Source: an uncultured Muribaculaceae bacterium
GTDB lineage: Bacteria > Cyanobacteriota > Vampirovibrionia > Gastranaerophilales > Gastranaerophilaceae
Length of the DNA: 64,000 bases
NCBI GenBank assembly: GCA_964491345.1
Contig: CAZBFV010000001.1
Location: 39,103 to 103,102, forward strand
Direction of reading: 5' to 3'
The number at the start of each line of letters is the position of its first letter. Position 1 is the stretch's first letter. The notes beneath the pieces are model-generated. The model was not told the DNA's origin and made no database searches. It saw only the letters and a program-made list of their open reading frames with translations. Below are positions 47,928 through 56,640 of this stretch, piece by piece. A program made the translations under genes and the position numbers.

Positions 47928-48911
47928 ATGTCAAGGCAGGAACTTATTGTTAATCTTAATCGGCTGACCAGATTCAAGCTCCCTGAAGATGCTTATGGCA
48001 GAGTTTTTAGTTCTGTAATATTAAAATATCTTATTTATCCGAAATATACTAAAGATGATATTGAATTTCTGGCTCCGGAGTTTATTTCGGAAATAGTAGC
48101 GGAGATATGGAACAAATCGGTAGAAAATATATTTGGCAGAGCGGAATTTCCGGATATCACATATAAGGTCTGCAAACTTTTAATAGATAACACATATAAA
48201 AATATTGACGGCAGAACAAAAATATATATAAATACAAAGTTAAATTTTTCGGAAATTTTAAAAAGTATATCAACCGGACAGATGCCGTTAAATTTAAAAA
48301 TGCCGGCGACAGCAAACAGTAAAATAAAAAAAACCGTATTTACATATAAAGATTTAATTGATTTAAGAATTAAATATAATTTGAAATTTCCCCTGAGTAA
48401 ATTAATTATAGCGGAGGGAATAACGGAAGAAATTTTACTTCCGGTATTTGCAGACAAATTAGGTTATAATTTTGACAAATGTGGAATATATATTTTAGGC
48501 GCAGGCGGAAAAAGCAAAAGTCTTAATTTATATGCCATGCTTCGTGATAAGGTGAAAATTCCCATAACATTGCTTTTTGATGCAGATGCCGGCGATATTA
48601 ATAAAATTTTAAAAACTAATTTGAGAACAAAAGATAAATCAGTAATAATTCAAAACGGCGAGTTTGAAGATATATTATCATTAAATTTAATTAAGAGAGC
48701 ATTAAATAATGAATATGATATTGCTGTTCCATTAACAAAAAAAGAATTGTACATTTATGACAGAATGTGTAGAAATATTGAGAATTTTTACAGAACAAGA
48801 CGGCTAGGAGAATTTAAAAAGTCTAAATTTTCAGGAATTATTGCAAAAAATATTAAATATAAAACCGATATTACATGTGAAATAAAAAATTTATTTAAAT
48901 TAATGTTATAA
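47928..48911 (+). CDS. Toprim-domain protein (OLD-family nuclease-type Toprim, no ATPase domain)
   Basis: LIIAEGITEEILLPVFA (catalytic Glu context), YILGAGGKSK, LLFDADAGD (DxD) and GEFEDIL match the OLD/Gabija-type Toprim pattern. The N-terminal ~170 aa are unknown. The TTG at 47877 lies inside the terminator T-run, so the ATG at 47928 is preferred. Confidence 0.65.
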   Translation: MSRQELIVNLNRLTRFKLPEDAYGRVFSSVILKYLIYPKYTKDDIEFLAPEFISEIVAEIWNKSVENIFGRAEFPDITYKVCKLLIDNTYKNIDGRTKIYINTKLNFSEILKSISTGQMPLNLKMPATANSKIKKTVFTYKDLIDLRIKYNLKFPLSKLIIAEGITEEILLPVFADKLGYNFDKCGIYILGAGGKSKSLNLYAMLRDKVKIPITLLFDADAGDINKILKTNLRTKDKSVIIQNGEFEDILSLNLIKRALNNEYDIAVPLTKKELYIYDRMCRNIENFYRTRRLGEFKKSKFSGIIAKNIKYKTDITCEIKNLFKLML

Positions 48912-48938
48912 TAAAAAAAACTGAATAAAGGAGAGTAT

Positions 48939-50360
48939 ATGAAAAAGATATTTACGATTAGTTTTCTTATAATTGCTTTTTTTGGTGTAAATGATTCTGC
49001 GCTAGCTTTTGATTTTAATCTGAAGCATTTGAATCCTTTTAATAAAAAAACGATAAAAACGGAGAAAAGTTCTGTAATTGTTATAGCCGAAAAGAATACA
49101 ATAAAAATTATAAAAAAAGATAATAAATACGGGATTATAGATAAAAAAACAAACAAATATATCTTAAAGCCTGTTGCGGATAATATTGAACAGCTTGATA
49201 CAGCCAACGATGCCGAATATAAAGTTAATATAAACGGCAATACGGGTTATATGAATCTGAATGAGCGGTATAATTTATTTGCTGATTATGATGATATATA
49301 TAAAATAGGCGATTTATTACGAATCAAAAGAAACAGCAGATACGGGCTTATTGATACAAAAGGGAATGTGATAATTGATGCAATATACGATAAAATATAT
49401 GTTGTCAAACATAGCAATGATGTTCAAAATATAGTAGCAAAATTAGACGGCAAATATACATTATTTACAATGTCAGGAAAATTAATTCCCGAAAGTGATT
49501 TGTATTCTGTTTCAGGTTCAGATAAAGAAGAACAATCCCAATATATGCTGATAAGAGATTTGCGTTCAGAGCTGAAATCCGGCAAGCAGTATAATTTAAT
49601 AGTATATGAAAAAGTCATGGCTGATACTTTGGATAATACAAGCGACGAAATATACGAGGTTCAAAAATCAATAGTTTCTGCGCCGGATGTGGTTTCTGAA
49701 AAAACAGCCCTGCTTCAGGAAGAAAAAACTCAGCCGGAAGAGAAAGTTCAGCCGGAAGAAAATACCGTTTTGAAAGAAAATTCTGGGCAGGTTGAAAAAG
49801 TCCGGACGGTTGAAAATACGAAGTTAAAAGAAAAAAACAAGCCTGATAAAAAGAACAAGCCGGAGAAAAAATCTGATGTTAAAGTTTCCGGTTCAGATAC
49901 TCCAAAAACGGATAACAGCAGGAATAAAGGCAAATTTATTACCGTCAGCGGAAAAAAATATTATATTGTTTCAAAAAACTCGCTCGGGGGTATCGAAAAC
50001 AGCAGAGGAAAATTGATTATTCCGCCTGAATATGACAATTTAACTACAAGAAAATTTGATAAAAATAAGGTTGTATTTGAAGCAAATAATAAGAAAAATT
50101 TTGTGATTTATGATTTAAGAGGCAATATTATAGCAAAACATGATAAATCGGAAATGAATGTTATTTGTATATATCAATATGGCAAAGAGTATAAATACGC
50201 TTATAAGGGTAATTCGGAATGGCTTCTTTCATATAAAAATAAAGAAATAGGAAGACTGCTGTTAAATAAAAATAACTGTAAATATGAACGCAGAGCATTT
50301 GCGTTTGCTAATATAAATAAAATTAATAATGTATTAAAATTCTGTTTGGGAATTGATTAA
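48939..50360 (+). CDS. WG-repeat (KWG-like) secreted protein with P/E/K-rich linker
   Basis: Signal peptide. Repeated KYGIIDKKTNKYILKP and RYGLIDTKGNVIIDAIYDKI modules. The central linker contains tandem TQPEEKVQPEEN and KNKPDKKNKPEKK. Confidence 0.75.
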   Translation: MKKIFTISFLIIAFFGVNDSALAFDFNLKHLNPFNKKTIKTEKSSVIVIAEKNTIKIIKKDNKYGIIDKKTNKYILKPVADNIEQLDTANDAEYKVNINGNTGYMNLNERYNLFADYDDIYKIGDLLRIKRNSRYGLIDTKGNVIIDAIYDKIYVVKHSNDVQNIVAKLDGKYTLFTMSGKLIPESDLYSVSGSDKEEQSQYMLIRDLRSELKSGKQYNLIVYEKVMADTLDNTSDEIYEVQKSIVSAPDVVSEKTALLQEEKTQPEEKVQPEENTVLKENSGQVEKVRTVENTKLKEKNKPDKKNKPEKKSDVKVSGSDTPKTDNSRNKGKFITVSGKKYYIVSKNSLGGIENSRGKLIIPPEYDNLTTRKFDKNKVVFEANNKKNFVIYDLRGNIIAKHDKSEMNVICIYQYGKEYKYAYKGNSEWLLSYKNKEIGRLLLNKNNCKYERRAFAFANINKINNVLKFCLGID

Positions 50361-50490
50361 ATTATATATTTGTTTTATATTGATGAGGAAACTAAAATTT
50401 ATAGTTTCCTTTTTGTTTTGGCAAAAATTGTTTTTAGGGGTTTTTATAATGTAAAATACACAGTTTCTGCGTGTAGGAAAGGGGTAAGAA

Positions 50491-52758
50491 ATGATTGAAA
50501 AAATTAGCGCAGGTGCTGCATATTCAGGCACAAGAAATGTTACTGCAGGTCATGTAAATAAGAAAAATGAGAGGATAATAGAAACTTCAGCAAAATCGCC
50601 GGATAGGGTTTTTAGTTATCCGGCAGGGTTAGTAGATGCTTATTGCGCTTATCATGGTATAAAACTTGCCAGAAGCGTAAGTTTTGGACAAAGTCTGCAT
50701 GAGGTTTTCGCCAGATTAAATAATTCTATGACTACCTGCGGGGGTGCTGAAGTTGTCGGTTCAAGAATTTCCGCATCAGATTTGGTAGACAGTTTTAAGG
50801 ATGAACTTCCATATTTAAATGATGCCATAAAGACGGATATAATTATTGATGGAAATAAATTTAAATCGGCAAAAGAGCTTAATCCTAATTCCACGAAAGT
50901 TGTAACAAAAGCAAGAACGCAGGTAAAAAAACAGGAATATGGCATATTATACGAGATGGCGGTAAGACAGCCTGTTCCGATGAATGCGCCTGCCGATACA
51001 TCTAAACCTCTGCAGTATTCAATAAAAATAGTACAAGAGCCTAATGCTGACGAAAAGGCTTATGTATTAAATACGAAAGGTAAGTTAATGTCCGTCGTTG
51101 AAGACGGTGATAATGTAATTCTTACGAATGCAGGACAAATAAAAAAGAAGACAGATGCATCCGGAAGCAGGCTTCAGGTTTCGATGGAAGAAACGGGCAA
51201 TGTATTTGCTCCTTTTGTACCTAAACCTCAAGTTGTGGAAAAAAGGGAAAAATTACCGTCAATAGGCGAAGGTACAGATATTGTCATAGGAATGGAAGAT
51301 GGTCGTTTTAATCCGGAAATAATCGATTCAATATTGGAATTTAAAAGGAAAATAGATACAGGAGAAATAATTTTGCCTCAGTTTGTTGAAAAACCCGGTG
51401 CAAAGAAAACTCAGCTTGTAATGCTTGCCGGCGGTTTTGGGTCGAGGGCGGAATATACAAATGCTTCATCAGACGGTATATTTCATTCGAAAGAAGATGG
51501 AGCGCAGTCAACAAAAGGCGTATTTAGAACGGCAACCGGATTGACTCCAATGGAAACAACTTTTATTACCGCACATAAAGACGGCTTGTTAGACTGTAAT
51601 AATTTGGAAATCGGCAAAAATATAAAACTGTATATAAATCGTTCCGGTGTAAATAAAGGCAACGGCGGTTTTACACGAGATTTATATCATAAAATGGCAC
51701 GTCCGGGCAGGGAAAGCATTACAATTTTTCCGAACGATTCTATGTCAAGGATGGAAAAGGCTTTAGATAAGACCGTAGACAGGATGGCAGACGGTAATTC
51801 CTCAATTGTAATGATAGCAAAAGAAATAAAATCAGAAGATGCAAAATCTAATTTTGGTATCATGAAACTGGGAAAAAATAATGAAATTCAAGAATTTGCG
51901 GAAAAGCCTAAAGTTATTCCCGAAGGGTATGAAAAAAACGGTAATTGTTTAACAAATACTTTTCAATTTTCTGTTTCAGATGAAGCCTTTAATGCTTTGG
52001 ATATATTAGATCCTGTATTACCTGCCGGAAAAGGCAATGAAACAAGAGATTGGTCAAAATGTTATACCCCGATTTTAATGGCATTATCTCAAGATAAGCC
52101 GGCTGAAGATATTACTTCAGATATTACAAAATTAGTTAAATCATTGGAATTTGACAGAATCTCAAAGGAAATTACTTCAAATATAACAAAGCAAATTAAA
52201 GAAGCAAATTCAGAAGCGGATATTGATGAAATTTCATCCGAGATAACAAAGGCTGTAAAAAATAATTCAACTGATTATAATATATCCGTTAAAGATGCAG
52301 CAGGCGAAATATATAAAATTGCAGAAAATACAGGTGCTGTTATTCCTGTTGATAAAATCAGCAGTGATATATCAAAAACAGTAAAAGAAGCTGAATTTAA
52401 AATACCGGTTGAAAAAGTCAAAGAGGCAAAACAGGCATTGGGCAGTCAAACCGTATCAGCAGTTCCTACAAACGAACCTTGGGCGGACTGCGGTACATTG
52501 AATGCATTGTATCATACTACTATGCAGATAGCAAGCGGTGATTTTAAGCTTGAAGATTTTGAAAGAAAGCATGTTCTGGACAGCATCAATACGCAGACAG
52601 GACTCGTTACTTCAAACCCAGAGCAGAAAGCTCAAATTGAAAAAAAGTATGATGTCAACGGTGAAGTTATGGTTGCGCCGAAAGCAAAAAAAGTTAATCC
52701 TAAAATAGTTGATGATTTTATTGATAAAGGTTTAGTTGTCGTTAATGAAGCTGTTTAA
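50491..52758 (+). CDS. nucleotidyltransferase (GlgC / sugar-1-phosphate NTP-transferase-like) domain protein with long N-terminal extension and internal repeats
   Basis: LVMLAGGFGSRAEY (GGxGxR-type), IQEFAEKPKV and PWADCGTLNALYHT (cf. W.DVGT). The ~290-aa N-terminal extension contains ARSVSFGQS. Four ITSDITKxVK-type repeats lie at 52108-52390. Confidence 0.65.
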   Translation: MIEKISAGAAYSGTRNVTAGHVNKKNERIIETSAKSPDRVFSYPAGLVDAYCAYHGIKLARSVSFGQSLHEVFARLNNSMTTCGGAEVVGSRISASDLVDSFKDELPYLNDAIKTDIIIDGNKFKSAKELNPNSTKVVTKARTQVKKQEYGILYEMAVRQPVPMNAPADTSKPLQYSIKIVQEPNADEKAYVLNTKGKLMSVVEDGDNVILTNAGQIKKKTDASGSRLQVSMEETGNVFAPFVPKPQVVEKREKLPSIGEGTDIVIGMEDGRFNPEIIDSILEFKRKIDTGEIILPQFVEKPGAKKTQLVMLAGGFGSRAEYTNASSDGIFHSKEDGAQSTKGVFRTATGLTPMETTFITAHKDGLLDCNNLEIGKNIKLYINRSGVNKGNGGFTRDLYHKMARPGRESITIFPNDSMSRMEKALDKTVDRMADGNSSIVMIAKEIKSEDAKSNFGIMKLGKNNEIQEFAEKPKVIPEGYEKNGNCLTNTFQFSVSDEAFNALDILDPVLPAGKGNETRDWSKCYTPILMALSQDKPAEDITSDITKLVKSLEFDRISKEITSNITKQIKEANSEADIDEISSEITKAVKNNSTDYNISVKDAAGEIYKIAENTGAVIPVDKISSDISKTVKEAEFKIPVEKVKEAKQALGSQTVSAVPTNEPWADCGTLNALYHTTMQIASGDFKLEDFERKHVLDSINTQTGLVTSNPEQKAQIEKKYDVNGEVMVAPKAKKVNPKIVDDFIDKGLVVVNEAV

Positions 52759-52773
52759 CCGGATATGACTAAT

Positions 52774-52804
52774 AAAAGCGGGAGTCAAATGACTCCCGCT
52801 TTTT
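52774..52804 (+). terminator. intrinsic terminator
   Basis: AAAAGCGGGAGTC-AAAT-GACTCCCGCTTTT perfect 13-bp stem plus T-run, 16 nt after the stop at 52758. Confidence 0.85.
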
Positions 52805-53170
52805 ATGAATTTTTTAATTATGGTTGCATTAACTATATAATCTTACGGTAAAAACGGATAAAATGCCGGCTGTAATTAGTTTTTGGAAATGTTTCTTTTT
52901 ATTTAAAACAATTATCAAATTATTTTATCAGAACATATCAGACCAAAATGCAGAGTTTTTCATCTTAAATTTCTGTTATTAAATACGACTGTGTAATGCG
53001 CCTTACATAAATATTAAACTTCAAAAACGGCTTACTTCTCTTTATCTTGCGGTTTCTCATAAAATAGTACTGTTCCTTTGAAGTTATCCTGATTTATATA
53101 CAGCAGAAAAAACAGATTTATTTATGCTTTAAAAAATAAGAAAATGTTTTAATTTTGAAAATGATAATAT

Positions 53171-53672
53171 CAGGCGTCAGCGGGGGGGGGGAAAAAAAGC
53201 TGAAACTTAATTTTTGTGCTGCTTATTGCTCCGCTTAGCTTAACTCTGCGCAATTTCGCCCCTTACTTCGGTTTTGTGAGCAGATAAATAAAAATAAAAG
53301 GTCGGAAAACATATACGAAGCACTGTAAAATTGCTTATTGAAACGATGCCCGTGCGTCGTCCGGCACGTTCCGGATTGAAATTAACAATTTATGCGCAGA
53401 AGTATCCGTTTGATGTTTTTTATTTTTTCACCTGCTTTTATGACTGCATTATATGTTTTGCCTTGCAATTCCGCCTTCTCGTGTCTGCCCGCTCCGCTCA
53501 GATCTGCGTAAAAATCCGCTGTTTAGAAATTATTTGCGCTCAAAGACTGCCGTTTGTATCCGGCTGTCTTGGAATTGCGTTAAACGGTTTTCCTGCAGGG
53601 TGTAGCCTGCCCCGCTTCCGCCCTTTGCAAAAGCTCCGTTTTTCCGCTTTGTCCGTCCGCAGTTCCGCATAA
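53171..53672. other. GC-enriched noncoding tract (~0.5 kb) downstream of proA
   Basis: Marked compositional shift relative to the flanks. All six frames are broken except a C/F/R-rich 113-codon ORF that is unlike a protein. Many GCGGA/CCGC words and short GC hairpins. It starts with CAGC-G10-A7-GCTG. Confidence 0.6.
53182..53198. repeat. homopolymer pair G10-A7
   Basis: Direct reading: c-gggggggggg-aaaaaaa-gc. This is the reverse complement in form of the T8-C11 tract at 43324-43342. Confidence 0.95.
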
Positions 53673-54959
53673 TTATAAAAATTTCTTTTTTCCTGAGATA
53701 AAATCACTCACAATATCGCCGTTTCCTGTAAGTTTATATTTATATATAGTAAGCCCTTCTAAGCCTACAGGACCTCTTGCGTGGGTTTTATTTGTTGAAA
53801 TTCCTACTTCTGCACCGAAACCATATCTGAATCCGTCTGCAAAGCGTGTAGAAATATTATGATATACTCCCGATGAATCTACAAACATCATAAACTTTTC
53901 GGCATTTTCTTTATTTTCGGTAATTATACAGTCTGTATGCCCGGAACCGAAAGTATTTATATGATTTACGGCATCTTCTAAACTTTCTGCCAGTTTTATT
54001 GACACTTCATTTTCACTGTACTCTTTATGCCATTCATTAACAACATTGGAAATGAAATCCGGATATAAGTTTTGTATTTTAATATCAGAATTAATAATTA
54101 CATTGTTATCTGATAATTTTTGCAATAACGGCTTTAAAATTGTTTTTGCTGTATTTTTATTTATAAGAATTGTTTCAACAGAATTGCATGCCGATGGATA
54201 TTGGCATTTTGAATCTATAACTATATTCATAACTTTATCATAATCTGCCGAATCATCGATATAAATATGGCAGACCCCGTCTGAATGACCTAAAACAGGT
54301 ATTTTCGTATTCTCTTTTATATATTTTACTAAAGAGTTAGAACCTCTTGGAATTATTAAATCAATAAGGCTGTCTAAATTAAGCAGTTGTTTGACATCAT
54401 CTCTTGAAAAAATAAGATTAACCGAATTTTTAGGAAAATTTTCAAAAGAATTTAAAGTATTATTTATTATATTAAAAATAATTTTGTTTGTTTCTTCCGC
54501 TTCAGCACCGCCTTTTAAAATGACGGCATTTGATGATTTTATTGCAAGAGATGTGATTTGAGAAATAACATCGGGTCTTGCCTCAAAAATAATGCCTAAA
54601 ACGCCTATCGGGCAGGATACTTTCCTTAGCATAATTCCATCCGCAATATATTTTTGCCATAGAACTTTATTAACCGGATTTTCCAGACCTGCCACATCAC
54701 GAATTCCCTTAATCATATCCCTGATTTTATTTTCATCAAGTTTCAGCCTGTTATATACGGCTTGAGATATTTTTTTGCTTTGCAGGCCTGCTTCGGCTCT
54801 TTTTAAATCTATAATATTTGCATTAAAAATGAGTTTTTTATTTTTTTCAAGTTCATCTGCAATTTTCAAAAGAACTTGATTTTTTATATCAGATGATAAC
54901 TGCAACATCTTAACCGAAGCTTCTTTAGCATTTTGAGCAATTATATCAACATTGGCCAT
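53673..54959 (-). CDS. proA: gamma-glutamyl phosphate reductase
   Basis: 428 aa aldehyde-dehydrogenase fold. GVLGIIFEARPDV, ILKGG.EA, CNSVETILI (catalytic Cys) and HTDCIITEN. Confidence 0.95.
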   Translation of the reverse strand: MANVDIIAQNAKEASVKMLQLSSDIKNQVLLKIADELEKNKKLIFNANIIDLKRAEAGLQSKKISQAVYNRLKLDENKIRDMIKGIRDVAGLENPVNKVLWQKYIADGIMLRKVSCPIGVLGIIFEARPDVISQITSLAIKSSNAVILKGGAEAEETNKIIFNIINNTLNSFENFPKNSVNLIFSRDDVKQLLNLDSLIDLIIPRGSNSLVKYIKENTKIPVLGHSDGVCHIYIDDSADYDKVMNIVIDSKCQYPSACNSVETILINKNTAKTILKPLLQKLSDNNVIINSDIKIQNLYPDFISNVVNEWHKEYSENEVSIKLAESLEDAVNHINTFGSGHTDCIITENKENAEKFMMFVDSSGVYHNISTRFADGFRYGFGAEVGISTNKTHARGPVGLEGLTIYKYKLTGNGDIVSDFISGKKKFL

Positions 54960-54968
54960 ATTAACTCC

Positions 54969-56102
54969 CTATAGAACCGCAATATTATCTTTAGTAATTA
55001 TAGCATCGTAATTTTTATGCCCCAGTATTTGAAAAATATTATCAGAATGCTCGCCGATAATTTTTGCACAGTCCGAGGAATTATAATTAGCAATGCCTCT
55101 TGCAAATTCATTACCGTTTTCGTCAATAACCGAAACAACATCACCGCAGTTAAAATAACCGTTGATTTTAAGTATTCCGACAGCTAAAAGACTTTTGTTC
55201 TCTTTTGATACAGCTTTTTTAGCACCTTCATTAACCGTAATTTGACCTGTAATATTTGTGGCAAAAGCAATCCACCGCCGTTTTTGAGATAACTGCTCCA
55301 CAGGCGAAAACAGAGTTCCCAATTTTTCTCCCGAAAAAATCCGGCTGATAATTTGAGGCAGTTTCCCGTTGGCAATAAGAGCGTATCCGCCTGAGTGCGT
55401 AACTACTTTTGCCGCCAGCAGTTTGGTAATCATGCCTCCTCTGCCTCCTTTTGATGCCGGCCGTGCATAACTTTCAATTTCTTCCGTTATATCGCTTACG
55501 TCGGAAATAAGATTTGCATTCGGATTTTCTTTTGGATTAGCATCATATAATCCGTCTATATCGGAAAGTATAATCAGCAAATCAGCATTTAATTTACTCG
55601 CAACAAGAGCCGAAAGTTTGTCATTATCCGAAAAACTTATGCCGTAAACCGGACTGGAATAGTATTCAAGTTCTGATGCGGAAACTGTATCATTTTGATT
55701 AATCACCGGTATAACGTTCATATCGATTAAAGTATTTAAAACATTGCTTAAACTTAAATATTTAATTCTGTTGGAAAAATCATCTTCGGTAAGAAGAATT
55801 TGAGCCGTATTAATAGAATATTTTCCAAATCCGTCCTCATATATTGACATTAATTGAGATTGTCCGGCGGCGGCGCAGGCCTGTTTAATTGCAATACTTT
55901 CCTGAAAGCCAGCATTGAGTTTTTTTCTGCCAAGCCCGACTGCGCCGGATGTAACAATAATAATCTCTCTGCCTTGTTTATGGAGCCTTGATATATCTTC
56001 AATAAACGAATAAACTCTTGATAGAGAAATTTCCTTATTATCGTTTCTTAAAACGTTTGTACCGAATTTAAATACAATTCTGTTTGCATTATTAATATCC
56101 AT
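54969..56102 (-). CDS. proB: glutamate 5-kinase (with PUA domain)
   Basis: IVFKFGTNVL, IIVTSGAVGLG, INQNDTV, FSDNDKLSALVA, GGMITKL and a C-terminal PUA domain (GQITVNEGA..). Confidence 0.95.
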   Translation of the reverse strand: MDINNANRIVFKFGTNVLRNDNKEISLSRVYSFIEDISRLHKQGREIIIVTSGAVGLGRKKLNAGFQESIAIKQACAAAGQSQLMSIYEDGFGKYSINTAQILLTEDDFSNRIKYLSLSNVLNTLIDMNVIPVINQNDTVSASELEYYSSPVYGISFSDNDKLSALVASKLNADLLIILSDIDGLYDANPKENPNANLISDVSDITEEIESYARPASKGGRGGMITKLLAAKVVTHSGGYALIANGKLPQIISRIFSGEKLGTLFSPVEQLSQKRRWIAFATNITGQITVNEGAKKAVSKENKSLLAVGILKINGYFNCGDVVSVIDENGNEFARGIANYNSSDCAKIIGEHSDNIFQILGHKNYDAIITKDNIAVL

Positions 56103-56125
56103 ATCCTTGATTATAATAGAAAATA

Positions 56126-56347
56126 TTACATTTTAAAAGTATCATTAATGTTATAAAGTTTTTGCTTATAATCATTAATTAAATAAATAAGGATTCCGAC
56201 AAGGTTGGATATGTCATTTTGTTTGTATGTGAGTTTGTTATTAAATTCACTGTCTATGTTCTTGGCTATACTTTCTATTATCCTTATGTTAGCATTAAAG
56301 TAAGATATTTTTTTCTTTAAAAATTCTTCGTTAAAATTATTTTTCAT
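56126..56347 (-). CDS. small hypothetical protein (73 aa) leading the proBA operon
   Basis: Strong AGGAGG 9 nt upstream of the ATG. Ends 23 nt before proB on the same strand. No known motif. Confidence 0.5.
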   Translation of the reverse strand: MKNNFNEEFLKKKISYFNANIRIIESIAKNIDSEFNNKLTYKQNDISNLVGILIYLINDYKQKLYNINDTFKM

Positions 56348-56518
56348 TTTTTATAACCTCCTAAAATTAATTATAAATAGATTAGAAAATAATGGACAAA
56401 CATATTTTCCTATTTACAAAAATTTACAAGTTAAAATTTTTATTTATTAAAATTCTAAATCTGTTATAAAAAATATGTGCATGATGATTAGAGATTAAAA
56501 TATAAAAAATGTGTCCGC

Positions 56519-56640
56519 AAAAAGGGGAAAAAAAGAGAAAAATTGCACGGAATTTCTGCGGATTGGGAAAAAGAGAAAGAAAAAATGCCCGCTAATATGT
56601 GCTTCATCTCTGATATAGGAAAAAAAAAGGGGGAAAAAAA
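56519..56640. repeat. cluster of three 21-24 nt pure polypurine (G/A) tracts
   Basis: 56519-56542 aaaaaggggaaaaaaagagaaaaa; 56565-56585 gggaaaaagagaaagaaaaaa; 56617-56640 aggaaaaaaaaagggggaaaaaaa (mirror-symmetric core). Confidence 0.9.

Noticed and set aside
43610-53200. tRNA-Arg-anchored genomic island or prophage remnant
   Set aside because: There is no integrase, recombinase or phage gene, and I found no duplicated tRNA 3' fragment (att-like direct repeat). The segment contains core genes (pdxJ, ycf23-like). Only the homopolymer inverted pair is unusual, and that is reported separately at low weight.
53331-53672. 113-aa ORF (TTG start) in the GC-enriched tract
   Set aside because: Its C/F/R/L-rich composition is unlike any other protein in the window. 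It has a TTG start without an SD, and its codon usage does not match the neighbours. The region is treated as non-coding.
53171-53672. RNase P RNA, tmRNA, SRP RNA or an rRNA fragment in the GC-rich tract
   Set aside because: I could not find the conserved strings I know for these RNAs: GAAAGUCC-type P4 for RNase P, the tRNA-like GGUUCGAAUCC...CCA end for tmRNA, or the GGAAGCAGCC domain IV for SRP. The identity is left open rather than asserted.
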